A stretch of 64,000 bases of DNA from an uncultured delta proteobacterium (GTDB lineage: Bacteria; Desulfobacterota; Desulfuromonadia; Desulfuromonadales; JACZKF01), in the NCBI GenBank assembly GCA_963816395.1, contig CAWFKQ010000004.1, positions 1-64,000 of the forward strand, read 5' to 3'. Below, in pieces: positions 13,295 through 23,343 of this stretch. How positions within the stretch are numbered: position 1 is the first letter of the stretch; each line of letters begins with the position of its first letter. The notes beneath the pieces are model-generated. The model did not search any database, was not told the DNA's origin, and saw nothing but the letters and a program-made list of their open reading frames with translations. The position numbers and the translations under genes are program-made.

Positions 13295-13627
13295 TCAGGG
13301 GCGGAATTTCCGGCACAGGGGGCGATCTGGCAGGCGGGTCAGCGGCGTGATGTCGAAGCGTTCGAAAACAGGATAAACGGCCAGCCGCTCGCCGCCGGCC
13401 AGCCGGCGCTCGAAGCCGCACGATTCGCCGTCGACCAGCAGCAGGTCGACCTCGGCCAGGGGAACGCCGAGGGCGGAGATCAGCTCCCCGGCCGAAATCG
13501 CTGCCGCCAATTCGACCGCGAAGGTCCGCTTGCGCCGCTCCGGCGGGAGATGATCGTTGAGTTCCTCGTAGAAGCGCAACTCCACCGTTCGAATGACTTC
13601 CCCCAGTCCAGGTCCAGGTGTCGACAA
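13295..13627 (-). CDS. Stand-alone Mut7-C ubiquitin-like domain protein
   Basis: RFYEELND.LP..RR, LGVP..EVDL.LVDG, VYPVFE.FDI. Confidence 0.75.
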   Translation of the reverse strand: MSTPGPGLGEVIRTVELRFYEELNDHLPPERRKRTFAVELAAAISAGELISALGVPLAEVDLLLVDGESCGFERRLAGGERLAVYPVFERFDITPLTRLPDRPLCRKFRP

Positions 13628-13775
13628 TTACCTTCCTTTTTCAAAGTAGCGGAAGCTGCGGGGAATTCAAGCTGAAGGGGGGGCTCACGAGTGAGATCAA
13701 TGCGGGGGAGAATCTTTCATCAGCCGCATTTTGCGGTTAAAATGAGGCACCCTCAACAGCAAAGGAGGACAACGG

Positions 13776-14342
13776 ATGACCTATGGCATTACGCGTGAGG
13801 AAGCCCTCGCCCTGGTGCGGGAACGCCTCAAGAACCAGAACCTGGTGAACCACTGCCTGGCCACCGAGGCGGTGCTGCGCACCCTGGCCAATCGCTTCGG
13901 GGCCGACGCGGAATTATGGGGACTCGCCGGGCTGCTGCACGACCTGGATGCCGAGACCCAGCCCGACCTGCGCACGCACACCCTGGAGACCGCCGCCATC
14001 CTGAAGGAGAAAGGCGTGGCCCCGGAGGTCATCGAAGCGATCCGCATGCACAACGAGACGGCACAGGGCGGGCGGCGGCGCCGGGAGGTCTTCCATCACG
14101 CCCTCGCCGCCGGCGAGACGATCACCGGACTGATCGTCGCCACCGCCCTGGTCTATCCGGACAAAAAGCTCGCCAGCGTCCAGCCCAAGTCGGTGCGCAA
14201 GCGGTACAAGGAGAGGCAGTTCGCCGCCGGCGCCGACCGGGAGATCATCGCCGAATGCGAAAAGATCGGCATTCCCCTCGACGAGTTCTGCGAGATCTGC
14301 CTGCGGGCGATGCAGGAGGTGGCCGGGGAACTGGGGCTGTGA
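13776..14342 (+). CDS. HDIG/HD-domain metallophosphohydrolase
   Basis: HCLATE, GLLHDLD, FAAGADRE.I. Confidence 0.9.
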   Translation: MTYGITREEALALVRERLKNQNLVNHCLATEAVLRTLANRFGADAELWGLAGLLHDLDAETQPDLRTHTLETAAILKEKGVAPEVIEAIRMHNETAQGGRRRREVFHHALAAGETITGLIVATALVYPDKKLASVQPKSVRKRYKERQFAAGADREIIAECEKIGIPLDEFCEICLRAMQEVAGELGL

Positions 14343-14424
14343 TGGGCAGGGCGGCCGCGTGCGATCGTGCAGGGAAAGTTGGTGATCACCGGTGATCGGT
14401 CGGCGGGGGCCTGAAAAAGCTTCT

Positions 14425-14443
14425 CGTTGCGCCGTCGCGTGAG
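14425..14443. repeat. Solo arm of the CTCACGCGACG family
   Basis: Exact 19/19 reverse complement of 5594-5612. Confidence 0.75.
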
Positions 14444-14594
14444 GTTGTTTTTTTTCGTCTTTTTGTTCTTTGCCCCGGCCGGCGGTTGACCAGCCTTCAA
14501 GGCGAGGGTTACTGAAGGGAGTTGCAAAAGTAATGGCGGAGCCGGCAGGATTACCGTAAGCTGGGATTCGGCAGACATCAGGGAGGCCGCGGCC

Positions 14595-15071
14595 ATGAAC
14601 AGGCGATACTGGCTCTTCAAATCGGAGCCTTCGGCGTTTTCGTTCGAGGATCTGAAGAACCGTCCGGACGGTATCGAACATTGGGATGGGGTGCGGAATT
14701 TTCAGGCGCGCAACTACCTGCGACGCGAAGTCCAGGTCGGTGACCGGGTGCTGTTCTACCACAGCAATATCCCCGAGCCGGTCATCGTCGGCATCGCCGA
14801 GGTGGTCAGGGGCGGTTATCCCGACTGGACGGCCTGGGACCCTGCCAGCGACCATTTCGACCCCCGCAGCAGCGAAGCGAAGCCGCTCTGGTACATGGTG
14901 GATGTGCGTTATCTCAAGGCATTTCCCCGGCCGGTGACGCGGGCCGAGCTGAAGACCATTCCGGAGCTGAGCGAGATGGTGCTGCTCAGGAAGAGCCGCC
15001 TTTCCATTCAGCCGGTCCGGGAGGAGGAGTGGCGATTGATTCTTCGCCTCGGGGGATTGGAGGGGGAATAG
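14595..15071 (+). CDS. EVE-domain protein
   Basis: YWLFKSEP, WDGVRNFQARN, FYHSN, SRLSIQPV. Confidence 0.95.
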   Translation: MNRRYWLFKSEPSAFSFEDLKNRPDGIEHWDGVRNFQARNYLRREVQVGDRVLFYHSNIPEPVIVGIAEVVRGGYPDWTAWDPASDHFDPRSSEAKPLWYMVDVRYLKAFPRPVTRAELKTIPELSEMVLLRKSRLSIQPVREEEWRLILRLGGLEGE

Positions 15072-15147
15072 CCGATACGGGCAGGAAATGCAAGTGGTGG
15101 GAAGGCCGGCCCGACGGCCCCGTCCCTGAAAGTCCAAGGAGATTATC

Positions 15148-15915
15148 ATGCATGTCGTTGCAATTCATGGCTGGCAGGAACAGGACACCGGGGTTGCCCA
15201 GATCATCGCCGAGGCCCTGGGTATTCTCGTCTTCGAAGCGCGCCAACGGACAGCCGGCGGCGGACCGTCGGTGCTGGCAAGTTACGCCGATCCGCAGCAG
15301 GCGGAGGCATTGGCGTCACGGCTTTCGCGGGACGGGGTCCCGGCGCTGGTGATCGATGCGGCGGCCGTCCGCGGCGGGGGAATGCGGTTTGAAGCTCGCC
15401 GGTTTGTGCTGGGCGCAGAAAAAATCCGGATCGAGTTGAGCGATGGACGGGCAGGGGAGATCGCCTACCGCGAGATGGCCCTGCTGCTCGCCGGTACGAC
15501 CATCTCCGGCCAGATGCAAACCACCACCACGATAACCGAACGCAAGTTCAGCCTCGGCAAAACCCTACTCGCCGGCGGTGTGCCGATGACCAAAAAGGTG
15601 AAGCATGCGGAGACGGTAACCACTGAAGACCGCGACGAAATCTTCTGGCTGTATGCCGGCCGCCGGCCGCCGGTGGTTTTTCGCCGGGCGGCAATGAACT
15701 ACGATGGCCTCGGTGCCGCGATGCAGCTGTCGCGGGATCTCAATTTTTCCCACCTGAAGACAGAGCTGCGCCGCCTGGCCCCGGCTGCCATTTATGATGA
15801 TCGCCTGCTCAGGCGAGCCGGGCAGATCCGCCTGCTCGGTTCGCTCGATCCGGAGAACAACCTCGACCTGGCTTTCGAGATTCTTGCCCGAAGCCTGAGG
15901 CCTGGTTCACGTTAG
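15148..15915 (+). CDS. Hypothetical protein
   Basis: 255-aa ORF with RBS AAGGAG and host-like codon usage. Confidence 0.7.
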   Translation: MHVVAIHGWQEQDTGVAQIIAEALGILVFEARQRTAGGGPSVLASYADPQQAEALASRLSRDGVPALVIDAAAVRGGGMRFEARRFVLGAEKIRIELSDGRAGEIAYREMALLLAGTTISGQMQTTTTITERKFSLGKTLLAGGVPMTKKVKHAETVTTEDRDEIFWLYAGRRPPVVFRRAAMNYDGLGAAMQLSRDLNFSHLKTELRRLAPAAIYDDRLLRRAGQIRLLGSLDPENNLDLAFEILARSLRPGSR

Positions 15916-16170
15916 AGAAAAATGGATCGGCAACTGGACGGATGACAAGGCGGGGATGGAGGTTAATCGCATCCCTTGGCCTTGGGAGGGGGCGAAATTT
16001 TCAGGTGCGCGGCCAATACCAGGCAAAGGCAGGGGAGTCCCGGAAGGTGGGGCGGCCCCCGGACTCAATGAAGATTCCGGTAGATCATTCAGGCCCGGCG
16101 GGGAACCTGCCCTGGCGGTATTCCTGCTCGGATTAAGCTTCCAGATGGAGGAGAACAGGAGTTGGGCTGA

Positions 16171-16606
16171 TTAATGACAGCGGAGAAGCTTCTTCCCGCT
16201 CTCGAAGAGAACCTCCACCTTGTGCGGGCCGGCAACGCGCATCACCAGGCCGATTCCGAAAGCGGAATGTAGCAGGAGGGCTTTTGCCTTGTATTTTCCG
16301 TCCATATTGTAGGCGACCGCCTGCTCGACATTCATGTTCGGGCGCAGCAGTACCCACTCCTTCTTCTCGGCAATCGCAGGATCTGTCTTGCCCTTGAGGG
16401 GCGGCTTGGCTTTCTTGGCTGGTGCCGGTTTGGCGAGGGGCCGTTTGCCGGCGATTTTTTCGTGGTCCTGCACGCTGTCACAGACGGTGCACTAAACCCG
16501 GACGATCTCCTCATCGACCACGTCGATGACTGCATGGTCCTTGATGCCATCACAACAGGAGCAGCGGGTCTCAGGATTTCGTTTGCGACGATTTTTTGAT
16601 GCTCAT
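16171..16606 (-). pseudogene. Zn-ribbon-containing hypothetical protein, with a frameshift and in-frame TAG
   Basis: Manual translation TRCSCC...DH...IVRV*CTVC, then HSAFGIGLV....KVEVLF. Confidence 0.55.
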
Positions 16607-16813
16607 GCGGAAGGGTCCTCTCTGGGCTCGCGTCGCGACCTGGCCGGTCGAAAAGCTTAGGTGGGAAGGCGGGTGCCGGGACAAGGATACAAGCAGGAGT
16701 GATCGAGCTTAAGCCGTTCTTGCCTAGCGTTTGTTTATTATACACCCTTTCTTCCCCCTCTCCCTTCATTTCTTTGCCGCAGCGCCTGCGATAGGCTTTG
16801 CAGCCCTTCTCCA

Positions 16814-16960
16814 TCATTCTTCAGATTGTTCCTCAGGCGCAGGTTGTTCAGGGTTTTCTTCCTCCGGCCCCTGCTTGCGTTGTTTCTTTTCCAATTTCTT
16901 GTTTTTTCTTGTCAGCTCTTTCTGGCGCTTTTCGAATCCATAGTTAGGTTTTTTTGCCAT
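16814..16960 (-). CDS. Small charged protein (48 aa), paralog 1
   Basis: MAKKPNYGFEKRQKELTRKNKKLEKKQRK...; below the ORF-track cutoff; RBS AAGGA. Confidence 0.75.
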   Translation of the reverse strand: MAKKPNYGFEKRQKELTRKNKKLEKKQRKQGPEEENPEQPAPEEQSEE

Positions 16961-17008
16961 GAGAAATCCTTCCATTTTCTTTGCCGGCGTTGTTAATGCG
17001 CATTTCCG

Positions 17009-17041
17009 AAATAAAAGACCCCGCCTTGATCAGCGGGGTCT
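17009..17041 (-). terminator. Terminator downstream of the cold-shock gene
   Basis: AGACCCCGC-8 nt-GCGGGGTCT stem with an adjacent A-tract on the plus strand. Confidence 0.65.
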
Positions 17042-17107
17042 GTTTGGATAGGCAGAGTTTCCTGCGGCAGACCGGGACTTTTACCCGGAACAGCAGGATT
17101 GATGCAT

Positions 17108-17308
17108 CTAGATCTTCCGGACGTTGGAAGACTGGGGGCCTTTTTGACCCTGCGTGACGTCGAAGCTTACGCGGTCGCCTTCCGCCAGGGACTTGAAGCC
17201 GTCGCCCTGCACAGCGGAGAAGTGAACGAACACGTCAGGCCCGTTATCCTGCTCGATGAAGCCAAAACCTTTTGCGTCATTAAACCATTTTACCGTACCT
17301 TGTGCCAT
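17108..17308 (-). CDS. cspA: Cold-shock protein (CspA family)
   Basis: [23 protein letters not shown]. Confidence 0.95.
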   Translation of the reverse strand: MAQGTVKWFNDAKGFGFIEQDNGPDVFVHFSAVQGDGFKSLAEGDRVSFDVTQGQKGPQSSNVRKI

Positions 17309-17569
17309 TTCCTTTTGCTCCTTGCGGTCCCTTCGGGACCTTTCTGTCGTGCAAATTGTGATGCTTCCGAAATAAAAAAACACCCAAACCGAAGAGGTCT
17401 GTGTGTTTTTTTTCTAACTGACGCCGTGTCGGTTAGCGGGCAATTAAAATCTACACAAACTTTAAGTTGGCAAAGCCTAGCACCGACTGGCCGGAAAAGC
17501 AAGTCTTATCTCGAGCTGCAAAGATTATTTCACTTCCCCCCCCCAACGCTGACAGGGAAAGTGATCCGA

Positions 17570-18238
17570 TCACTGAGGATGGAAAGGTTCCGCCATCAGC
17601 AGGCGGTTCTTGGGGGTGATTTCGGCCGGAATCCGCTGGGTGAAGACCTGGTATCCCCGCGAACGCAACCGGCAGGCTCGGACGACATCCGCAGCGAGGG
17701 GCCCCTCGAGCCACCCTTCCAGACCGCCGAGAGCGGCGCGCTGGAGATGATGGCAGCAGGGGAGTACCGCCACCCTCGCACCGGCCGCGACCGCCAGATC
17801 GAGGACGATATCGGTCAGCCTGCCGCAGGCGTGCACCGAGACGACCAGATCATTAGAGTGGATTCTCACCGCCTCCAGTTCTCCCTCCATGAACGTTACC
17901 CGTCCACCCAGGCGCGGCCAGCCTTCCACCAGGGAAGCCGAGAGTTTCGCGGCGCTTTCCGGAATCCGCCGGTCTACGGCCAAGGCAGTCGGAGAGGTAT
18001 CGTCCAGGAGCATGAGGATCTGGGCGGTTAAGCCGTGGCCGCAGGCCAGATCCACCACCCGGCCGCCCCGGAAGCGGCGGCGCACCCGCCTGGCGACCTC
18101 CCACGCTTCGTACAGTTCTTTGCGCGGCAGGCAACCGGCCCGGCAGACGGCCCGGGCGATGCGGTCGAAGAGGGTCTCCCCGGAGAAGAGGGGAAGGAGT
18201 CTTTCGCTGAGGCGGTTGCGGGAAGAAGGATCCATCAA
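17570..18238 (-). CDS. SAM-dependent methyltransferase
   Basis: VVDLACGHG, SVHACG.LTD, PCCH. Confidence 0.85.
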   Translation of the reverse strand: MMDPSSRNRLSERLLPLFSGETLFDRIARAVCRAGCLPRKELYEAWEVARRVRRRFRGGRVVDLACGHGLTAQILMLLDDTSPTALAVDRRIPESAAKLSASLVEGWPRLGGRVTFMEGELEAVRIHSNDLVVSVHACGRLTDIVLDLAVAAGARVAVLPCCHHLQRAALGGLEGWLEGPLAADVVRACRLRSRGYQVFTQRIPAEITPKNRLLMAEPFHPQ

Positions 18239-18462
18239 CGGCCAACTTCTTCAGGGGGGCGGGTCACCTCCGGCAGGATGGCCTGCACCCGACCGACCTG
18301 CCCGTCCTCCAGCCGAACTTTGATCCCCCGGGAGTGAAAAGGGGCGCTGGTGAGAATGTCCCGGACGATCCCCTCCGTGCGTTTCCCGGACTTCTGATCC
18401 TGCTTCAGGACTACGGCGACAGCAAGTCCGGGGCGGATATCCTTGCGATTCTGACCGTTCAT
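18235..18462 (-). CDS. YwbE-family (DUF2196) protein
   Basis: VLKQDQ.SG..TEG.V.DILT, GIKVRLEDGQVGRV. Confidence 0.9.
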   Translation of the reverse strand: MNGQNRKDIRPGLAVAVVLKQDQKSGKRTEGIVRDILTSAPFHSRGIKVRLEDGQVGRVQAILPEVTRPPEEVGR

Positions 18463-18471
18463 CGGCAGGCG

Positions 18472-18606
18472 CTACACCTCACTTTTCTCCTCCTCTGGAA
18501 CACCTTCCGGGTCCTCCAGTTTGCGCCGCTTTTTCTCCTCCTTCTTTTCTTTTCTCGCCAACTCCTTCTGGCGCTTCTCAAATCCGTAGTTCGGCTTCTT
18601 CGCCAT
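18472..18606 (-). CDS. Small charged protein (44 aa), paralog 2
   Basis: MAKKPNYGFEKRQKELARKEKKEEKKRRK...; RBS AAGGAGG. Confidence 0.8.
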   Translation of the reverse strand: MAKKPNYGFEKRQKELARKEKKEEKKRRKLEDPEGVPEEEKSEV

Positions 18607-18838
18607 GCGAGTTCCTCCTTTTAACAGGTTCAGTTCATGCCATGGTACAGCGTGTCCGGGAGTTGCGCCACCCCTGTATTTTCAGCCGCCGGATTTTCTG
18701 GACTCAGCCCACCGGCCGGCAACTGGACAATTGACTAATACTCGCTATCCTGACAGGAAAAGGAACGGAAAATCAGCTCATTGGCTTGCGACCGGGGCAT
18801 TCTTACAGGCCCAGAAAACAAGGACAGGAGAATAAACC

Positions 18839-19381
18839 ATGAAAAAGACCATATTAGTGACAATAACGGTTTTTATCGCAGGGCTCTTCCTCGCCGCGGG
18901 TGCTTTCGGCGCCGAGGAGAAAATCGACAAATCCCTTTCCGCCCAGCCGGTCCAGACTGATCTGCACTCGGCCAAAAAGTTCATCGGGACCCAGGTCCGG
19001 GATGCCAACGGCGACAAGATCGGTGAGGTGAAGGACCTGGTATTCGACTTCAACCATGGCGTTGGCTACGCGGTCGTGGAGGATGAAAAACTGACTCAGG
19101 TCGACAAAAACATTCTGGTTCCGCTGAGCGCCTTTACTGCCAACCATGCGGGCGAATATGTCTCGTTGCCGGTAACCAAGGAAAGCCTGGCGAACTACCC
19201 GCCACGGCCGGTCGGCATGAATGATGAGGCTTACGGCCGCAATCTGTACGACTATTATGGAATCTCGTATCCATGGACCGAAAACGAACAGACACCGAAA
19301 AACAGGATCGTGCCGGGCAGTGAGCGTGAGCACCGCCTGGAACCTACCGGGAAGCCTATCAAGCCTGGTGTCGGCGGCTAG
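18839..19381 (+). CDS. Exported PRC-barrel domain protein
   Basis: Signal peptide; IGTQVRDANGDKIGEVKDL; YDYYG. Confidence 0.85.
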   Translation: MKKTILVTITVFIAGLFLAAGAFGAEEKIDKSLSAQPVQTDLHSAKKFIGTQVRDANGDKIGEVKDLVFDFNHGVGYAVVEDEKLTQVDKNILVPLSAFTANHAGEYVSLPVTKESLANYPPRPVGMNDEAYGRNLYDYYGISYPWTENEQTPKNRIVPGSEREHRLEPTGKPIKPGVGG

Positions 19382-19458
19382 TCGACTGCCGGGGCCGGAT
19401 AAACTTGGGAAGTTGGGTAACTGAACTCCTGGGCCTGCGGAAAGTCCCGGTCCGGCCG

Positions 19459-19492
19459 GAAAACCATCCCCCTGCGGGGATGGTTTTCTTTT
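19459..19492. terminator. Intrinsic terminator
   Basis: GAAAACCATCCCC-CTGC-GGGGATGGTTTTC-TTTT. Confidence 0.8.
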
Positions 19493-19525
19493 GCCTGCGG
19501 TGCGCCTAGCCCAGCACTGCGCTTC

Positions 19526-19707
19526 TCACGCCACCTGCGGGATGAGCATCGGCCTGTCGGGCACGCCTGGCGGCCGAAGCGCGACAGCAGCTGTTCGACC
19601 GCGTCCTCGATGACGGGAACCGGGGTGAGGTGGAAGCGCCGTAGCGTTTCGGCGTCGATGCCGTCGGTGTGAATCCAGGCCGATGAGCAATGTTGCAAAA
19701 TCCTCAA
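19526..19707 (-). pseudogene. Possible C-terminal remnant of a LarA-like (lactate racemase) gene
   Basis: HTDGIDAETLRRFHLTP...IEDAVEQLL and VPDRPMLIP in shifted frames; resemblance by eye only. Confidence 0.35.
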
Positions 19708-20264
19708 CGATCCTCGATCTCGCGGCGGATGGCCGTAAAGCAGTCCGGGCAGACATCGTGCGTAAGGGTAGGGGGATAAGTGCCGAACAGCTTCCTCTTC
19801 TCCAGGGCATTCTCAATTTCGACCCAACTTGATTCGATCTGGATTCTCTTGCACCAACTGCAGATCACGACGATTTCCGATGAACGCTCGACCCGGTTGT
19901 CCAGGATCGGCCGCAGGGGGAGCGGCTCAATTCTCAGCACCTTAACCGTGAACTCCAGGATTCCTCTCTCCAGGGAAACGACGCACATCTGAAAGGATCG
20001 ACGCAGGGTGGGGGAGTCGCAAGAGAGGGGGATTTGTATCTCGCGCCGCTTCTGGCGAACGCTCTCGTAGATAAGATCATAGAGATGCTTCGTTTCCCAG
20101 CCGGCAATGAAACGATTTACTGGTTGTCCTAAGACATATTCCGGGGTCAACTCCGGCGCCTGGTTTTCCTTGGCAAAATCGATCCACTCCTGATTCAGGA
20201 AAATGATTTTGTTCGCAGCGTCGATGCGGTAAATGAATGTACGGTGGTCGTCGACGCCCGCCAT
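19704..20264 (-). CDS. PAS-like domain protein with C-terminal CxxC...HxxCxxC Zn site
   Basis: NQEWIDFA.EN.APEL, CDSP..RR, CSWCKRI, THDVCPDC. Confidence 0.7.
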   Translation of the reverse strand: MAGVDDHRTFIYRIDAANKIIFLNQEWIDFAKENQAPELTPEYVLGQPVNRFIAGWETKHLYDLIYESVRQKRREIQIPLSCDSPTLRRSFQMCVVSLERGILEFTVKVLRIEPLPLRPILDNRVERSSEIVVICSWCKRIQIESSWVEIENALEKRKLFGTYPPTLTHDVCPDCFTAIRREIEDR

Positions 20265-20564
20265 CTCCCCCCCCCCCGGCAAAAAATGGCTGATCTAGCG
20301 CCTCAACTAAATCATGGATGTCAGGGGTGTCAATAGTAGCATCCCCTGCTCTGCCGGTTACTGGCGCCATCCGCCTGTCCCCCCGAAGTGGTTTATTCAT
20401 GAAAGATAACCTGCCGCAGTTCCCTCCGTCGAGGCCTTGTGTCAGGTGGCTAAAATGCCCTCGCCAAAGATTAAAGATGTAAATAAAAAACAACTTTTAT
20501 TTACGATCTTAGTTATTTAGTCGTTTTTTAATCAGTTATTTTTTTGAGCAAATAAAACAGCTTT

Positions 20565-20578
20565 TTGACATAGATCAA
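20565..20578. promoter_or_regulatory. Crp/Fnr-family box upstream of NO reductase
   Basis: TTGAC-ATAG-ATCAA with -10-like TAATTA at 20601-20606 (class II spacing). Confidence 0.75.
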
Positions 20579-20669
20579 GGTTTTCACCAGCCGCGAGGAC
20601 TAATTAAGAGGGGACGCAGCAGGCTATGTGTGCCTATTGCTATGAAAAATTCCGACAAGGGAGGTCCGC

Positions 20670-22934
20670 ATGGAAAGATTGAAGATGGCGACCATCGCGA
20701 GTTTTATTATCGCGATGGCAATCCTGCTCATCGGCGGCTATTTTGCCTTAGACAAGGTGCCGCCCTACCCACAATCCATTGTGGCACAGGGGGAGGTTGT
20801 CGGTACCAAAGCCGATATCCTGGCCGGGCAGGACGTATATCAAGAGCACGGGCTCATGGACCACGGCAGTGTGTGGGGGCATGGAAGCCTGCGGGGCATG
20901 GATTTTTCCGCAACGACCCTGCACAATTTCGGCACTTGGATGCGCGACTATTATGCACAGGAGAAAGGCGGCTCCTACGCTGATCTACCCAAGGAAGTGC
21001 GCGACGGCATCGATGGGCGAGTGATCGGAGAGATCAAGCACAACCTCTATGACAAACAGACCAAAACCCTGACAATCACGGCTGGACAGAAGTATGCACT
21101 CGAAAAGAACCGGGAATACTGGGATCGCACCTTCGGGGAAGGCGACAAGGGCTACGGCTTTCTGCCCAATACGGTCAAAACCGTTTCCCAGCGTAAAGCG
21201 ATTGCGGACTTCTTCTTCTGGACCGCATGGGCGGCAGGCACTACCCGGCCAGGCGATCACAATACTTACACCAACAACTGGCCCCCAGACAATTCGGTGG
21301 GCAACCATCTCTCTTCCGATTCTTTTATCTGGAGCGTCGTTTCCATTCTGGGACTCTTCGTCCTGCTGGGCGTCATTGTTTACGTCGTCCATCGCTTTCG
21401 CTTCTTCTATGGCGCGACCCAAAGCAAAGCCGTCGCGACAAAGCTCACCGAAATGCATTTGACCAGCAGTCAAATTAAGGCCGCAAAGTTCTTCCTCGTG
21501 GTAATTCTCCTTTTTATTACCCAGCTCTGCCTGGGCGGCCTGATGGCACATTACACGGTTCATCCGGGCTCCTTCTACATCCCGTGGATTGCCGGGAAGA
21601 TCCCGTACGCCCTGGCCAAAAGCTGGCATTTGCAGATCGCCATCTTCTGGATCGCCACGACCTGGATAGGTGCCTCGATTTTCCTCGCGCCAATCATTGC
21701 CGGGAAAGAACCAAAGGGCCAGGGGATCCTCGTGAATATTCTGTTCGGCGCCATTTTGATCGTCGCCGTGGGCAGTCTGGCGGGGGAGGCACTGGGCATC
21801 AACGAAATGCTTGGCAACCTGTGGTTCTGGTTCGGCCATCAGGGCTGGGAATACCTGGAGCTTGGCCGCTTCTGGCAGATCCTGCTCTTCGTCGGCTTGG
21901 TGGCCTGGCTGTTCATCGTCTACCGGGCGCTGAAGGGCAAACTTTTCGGACCGGAGCGAGACACCAGCGGGCTGGTGATGTTCTATGTGCTGAGCGCCAT
22001 TTTCATCGTCGGCTTCTTCGCCTTCGGATTTTTCTACGGCCGCGGCTCGCATCTGACTGTGGCCGACTATTGGCGTTGGTTTGTTGTGCACCTGTGGGTT
22101 GAGGGGATGTTCGAATTTTTCGGCGTGGCGGCCATCGCGCTGTTCCTGGTGACTCTGGGGCTCGTCGACAAGAAATCGGCCATGCGGGTGGCGTACCTGA
22201 CGGCCATCCTGGTGTTCGCCAGCGGGATCGTCGGCACGGCGCACCATTATTACTGGTACGGCGGGCCGAGTTACTGGCTTGCCCTCGGCGGCGTCTTTTC
22301 GTCCCTGGAGCCGATTCCTCTCATCATGCTGGTGGTGAGGGCCTGGATGGAGTACCGGGGGGTACAGGATGAGGGAGTTGAATTCCCCTACCGCTGGCCT
22401 CTGTTCTTCCTCATCGCCTCTAGCTTCTGGAACTTTCTCGGCGCCGGTGTATTTGGTTTCCTGATCAACCTGCCGGTCGTCAACTATTTCTCGCATGCGA
22501 CCTATCTGACGGTCAACCACGGGCATGGGGCGCTGTTTGGCGTCTATGGCATGCTGTCGATTTCTCTCATGCTCTTTACCTGGCGTTCCCTGATCAAGAA
22601 TCACGCCTGGAGCAACAAGCTGCTCATGGTCTCATTCTGGTGCATGAATGGCGGCTTGCTTCTCATGACGCTTGGCACCCTGCTGCCAGTCGGCATTCTG
22701 CAGACGTTAAAGGCTTATACCGATGGCACTTGGCTGGCACGCAGCGCCGATTTCTATAGCAACCCTACCGTTCTTCTCTTGGGCACCTGGCGGATGGTGC
22801 CTGATACGATCATCATCATCGGTGCTCTTTCATTGCTGGTCTTCCTGTTTAAGACCTACCCCTCCCTGAAGCAGGTCGGGTACGAGCCGGAGGAGCCGCT
22901 CTTCGAAGACAAAGAAAAACTTGCCCCCTTCTGA
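20670..22934 (+). CDS. norB: Quinol-dependent nitric oxide reductase (qNOR)
   Basis: 754 aa; GSVWGHG, YTNNWP, HLWVEG..E, GTAHH, HGHGALFGVYG; many TM helices. Confidence 0.93.
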   Translation: MERLKMATIASFIIAMAILLIGGYFALDKVPPYPQSIVAQGEVVGTKADILAGQDVYQEHGLMDHGSVWGHGSLRGMDFSATTLHNFGTWMRDYYAQEKGGSYADLPKEVRDGIDGRVIGEIKHNLYDKQTKTLTITAGQKYALEKNREYWDRTFGEGDKGYGFLPNTVKTVSQRKAIADFFFWTAWAAGTTRPGDHNTYTNNWPPDNSVGNHLSSDSFIWSVVSILGLFVLLGVIVYVVHRFRFFYGATQSKAVATKLTEMHLTSSQIKAAKFFLVVILLFITQLCLGGLMAHYTVHPGSFYIPWIAGKIPYALAKSWHLQIAIFWIATTWIGASIFLAPIIAGKEPKGQGILVNILFGAILIVAVGSLAGEALGINEMLGNLWFWFGHQGWEYLELGRFWQILLFVGLVAWLFIVYRALKGKLFGPERDTSGLVMFYVLSAIFIVGFFAFGFFYGRGSHLTVADYWRWFVVHLWVEGMFEFFGVAAIALFLVTLGLVDKKSAMRVAYLTAILVFASGIVGTAHHYYWYGGPSYWLALGGVFSSLEPIPLIMLVVRAWMEYRGVQDEGVEFPYRWPLFFLIASSFWNFLGAGVFGFLINLPVVNYFSHATYLTVNHGHGALFGVYGMLSISLMLFTWRSLIKNHAWSNKLLMVSFWCMNGGLLLMTLGTLLPVGILQTLKAYTDGTWLARSADFYSNPTVLLLGTWRMVPDTIIIIGALSLLVFLFKTYPSLKQVGYEPEEPLFEDKEKLAPF

Positions 22935-22950
22935 TATCGTCAATGTGGTC

Positions 22951-22983
22951 ATGGTTCCTCGCCCCCATGGGGCGGGGAACCAT
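22951..22983 (+). terminator. Hairpin after norB
   Basis: ATGGTTCCTCGCCCC-CAT-GGGGCGGGGAACCAT. Confidence 0.6.
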
Positions 22984-23049
22984 TTCCCGGTGGGTGTCAG
23001 CACGGATAGCAGAATATAGGCAGCGCCCATTCCCGCCTTTTCAACTTCC

Positions 23050-23245
23050 CTTGATTAACCGAACGACTTCTTTCAGATCTCCAGATTTCTCCGACCAGTG
23101 ACCCCGACCAAGCCTTGATCGGGGATTCACCCGGATGTTCCGGTAGCCGTGCCGAACCTCGAAGATGCCCTGCCAAGGACACCGTGCAGGTCGAGAGATG
23201 CCCCCTCGAATTCCGATTCGATCTTGTCGATCAACAACTCCCCTG
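23050..23245 (-). pseudogene. Possible OsmC-family remnant
   Basis: Fragments IDKIESEFEG..LDLHGVLG and EVRHGYRNIRV in shifted frames. Confidence 0.4.
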
Positions 23246-23343
23246 GGCGGAAATAGCGACTGACAAGTTACAGCTAAAAAGGGACAGTTGGGAGACCGTT
23301 GGGTTTTTCTTGCCTCGCCGGCCGTTTTTCGTTCAAATAAGGC

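Noticed and set aside
15940..16150. Possible structured ncRNA in the gap between convergent genes
   Set aside because: Only short hairpins; no recognisable SRP, 6S or riboswitch signature
16490..16496. In-frame TAG as pyrrolysine recoding
   Set aside because: The same gene is also frameshifted and no pyl genes are visible; more likely a nonsense mutation or sequencing error
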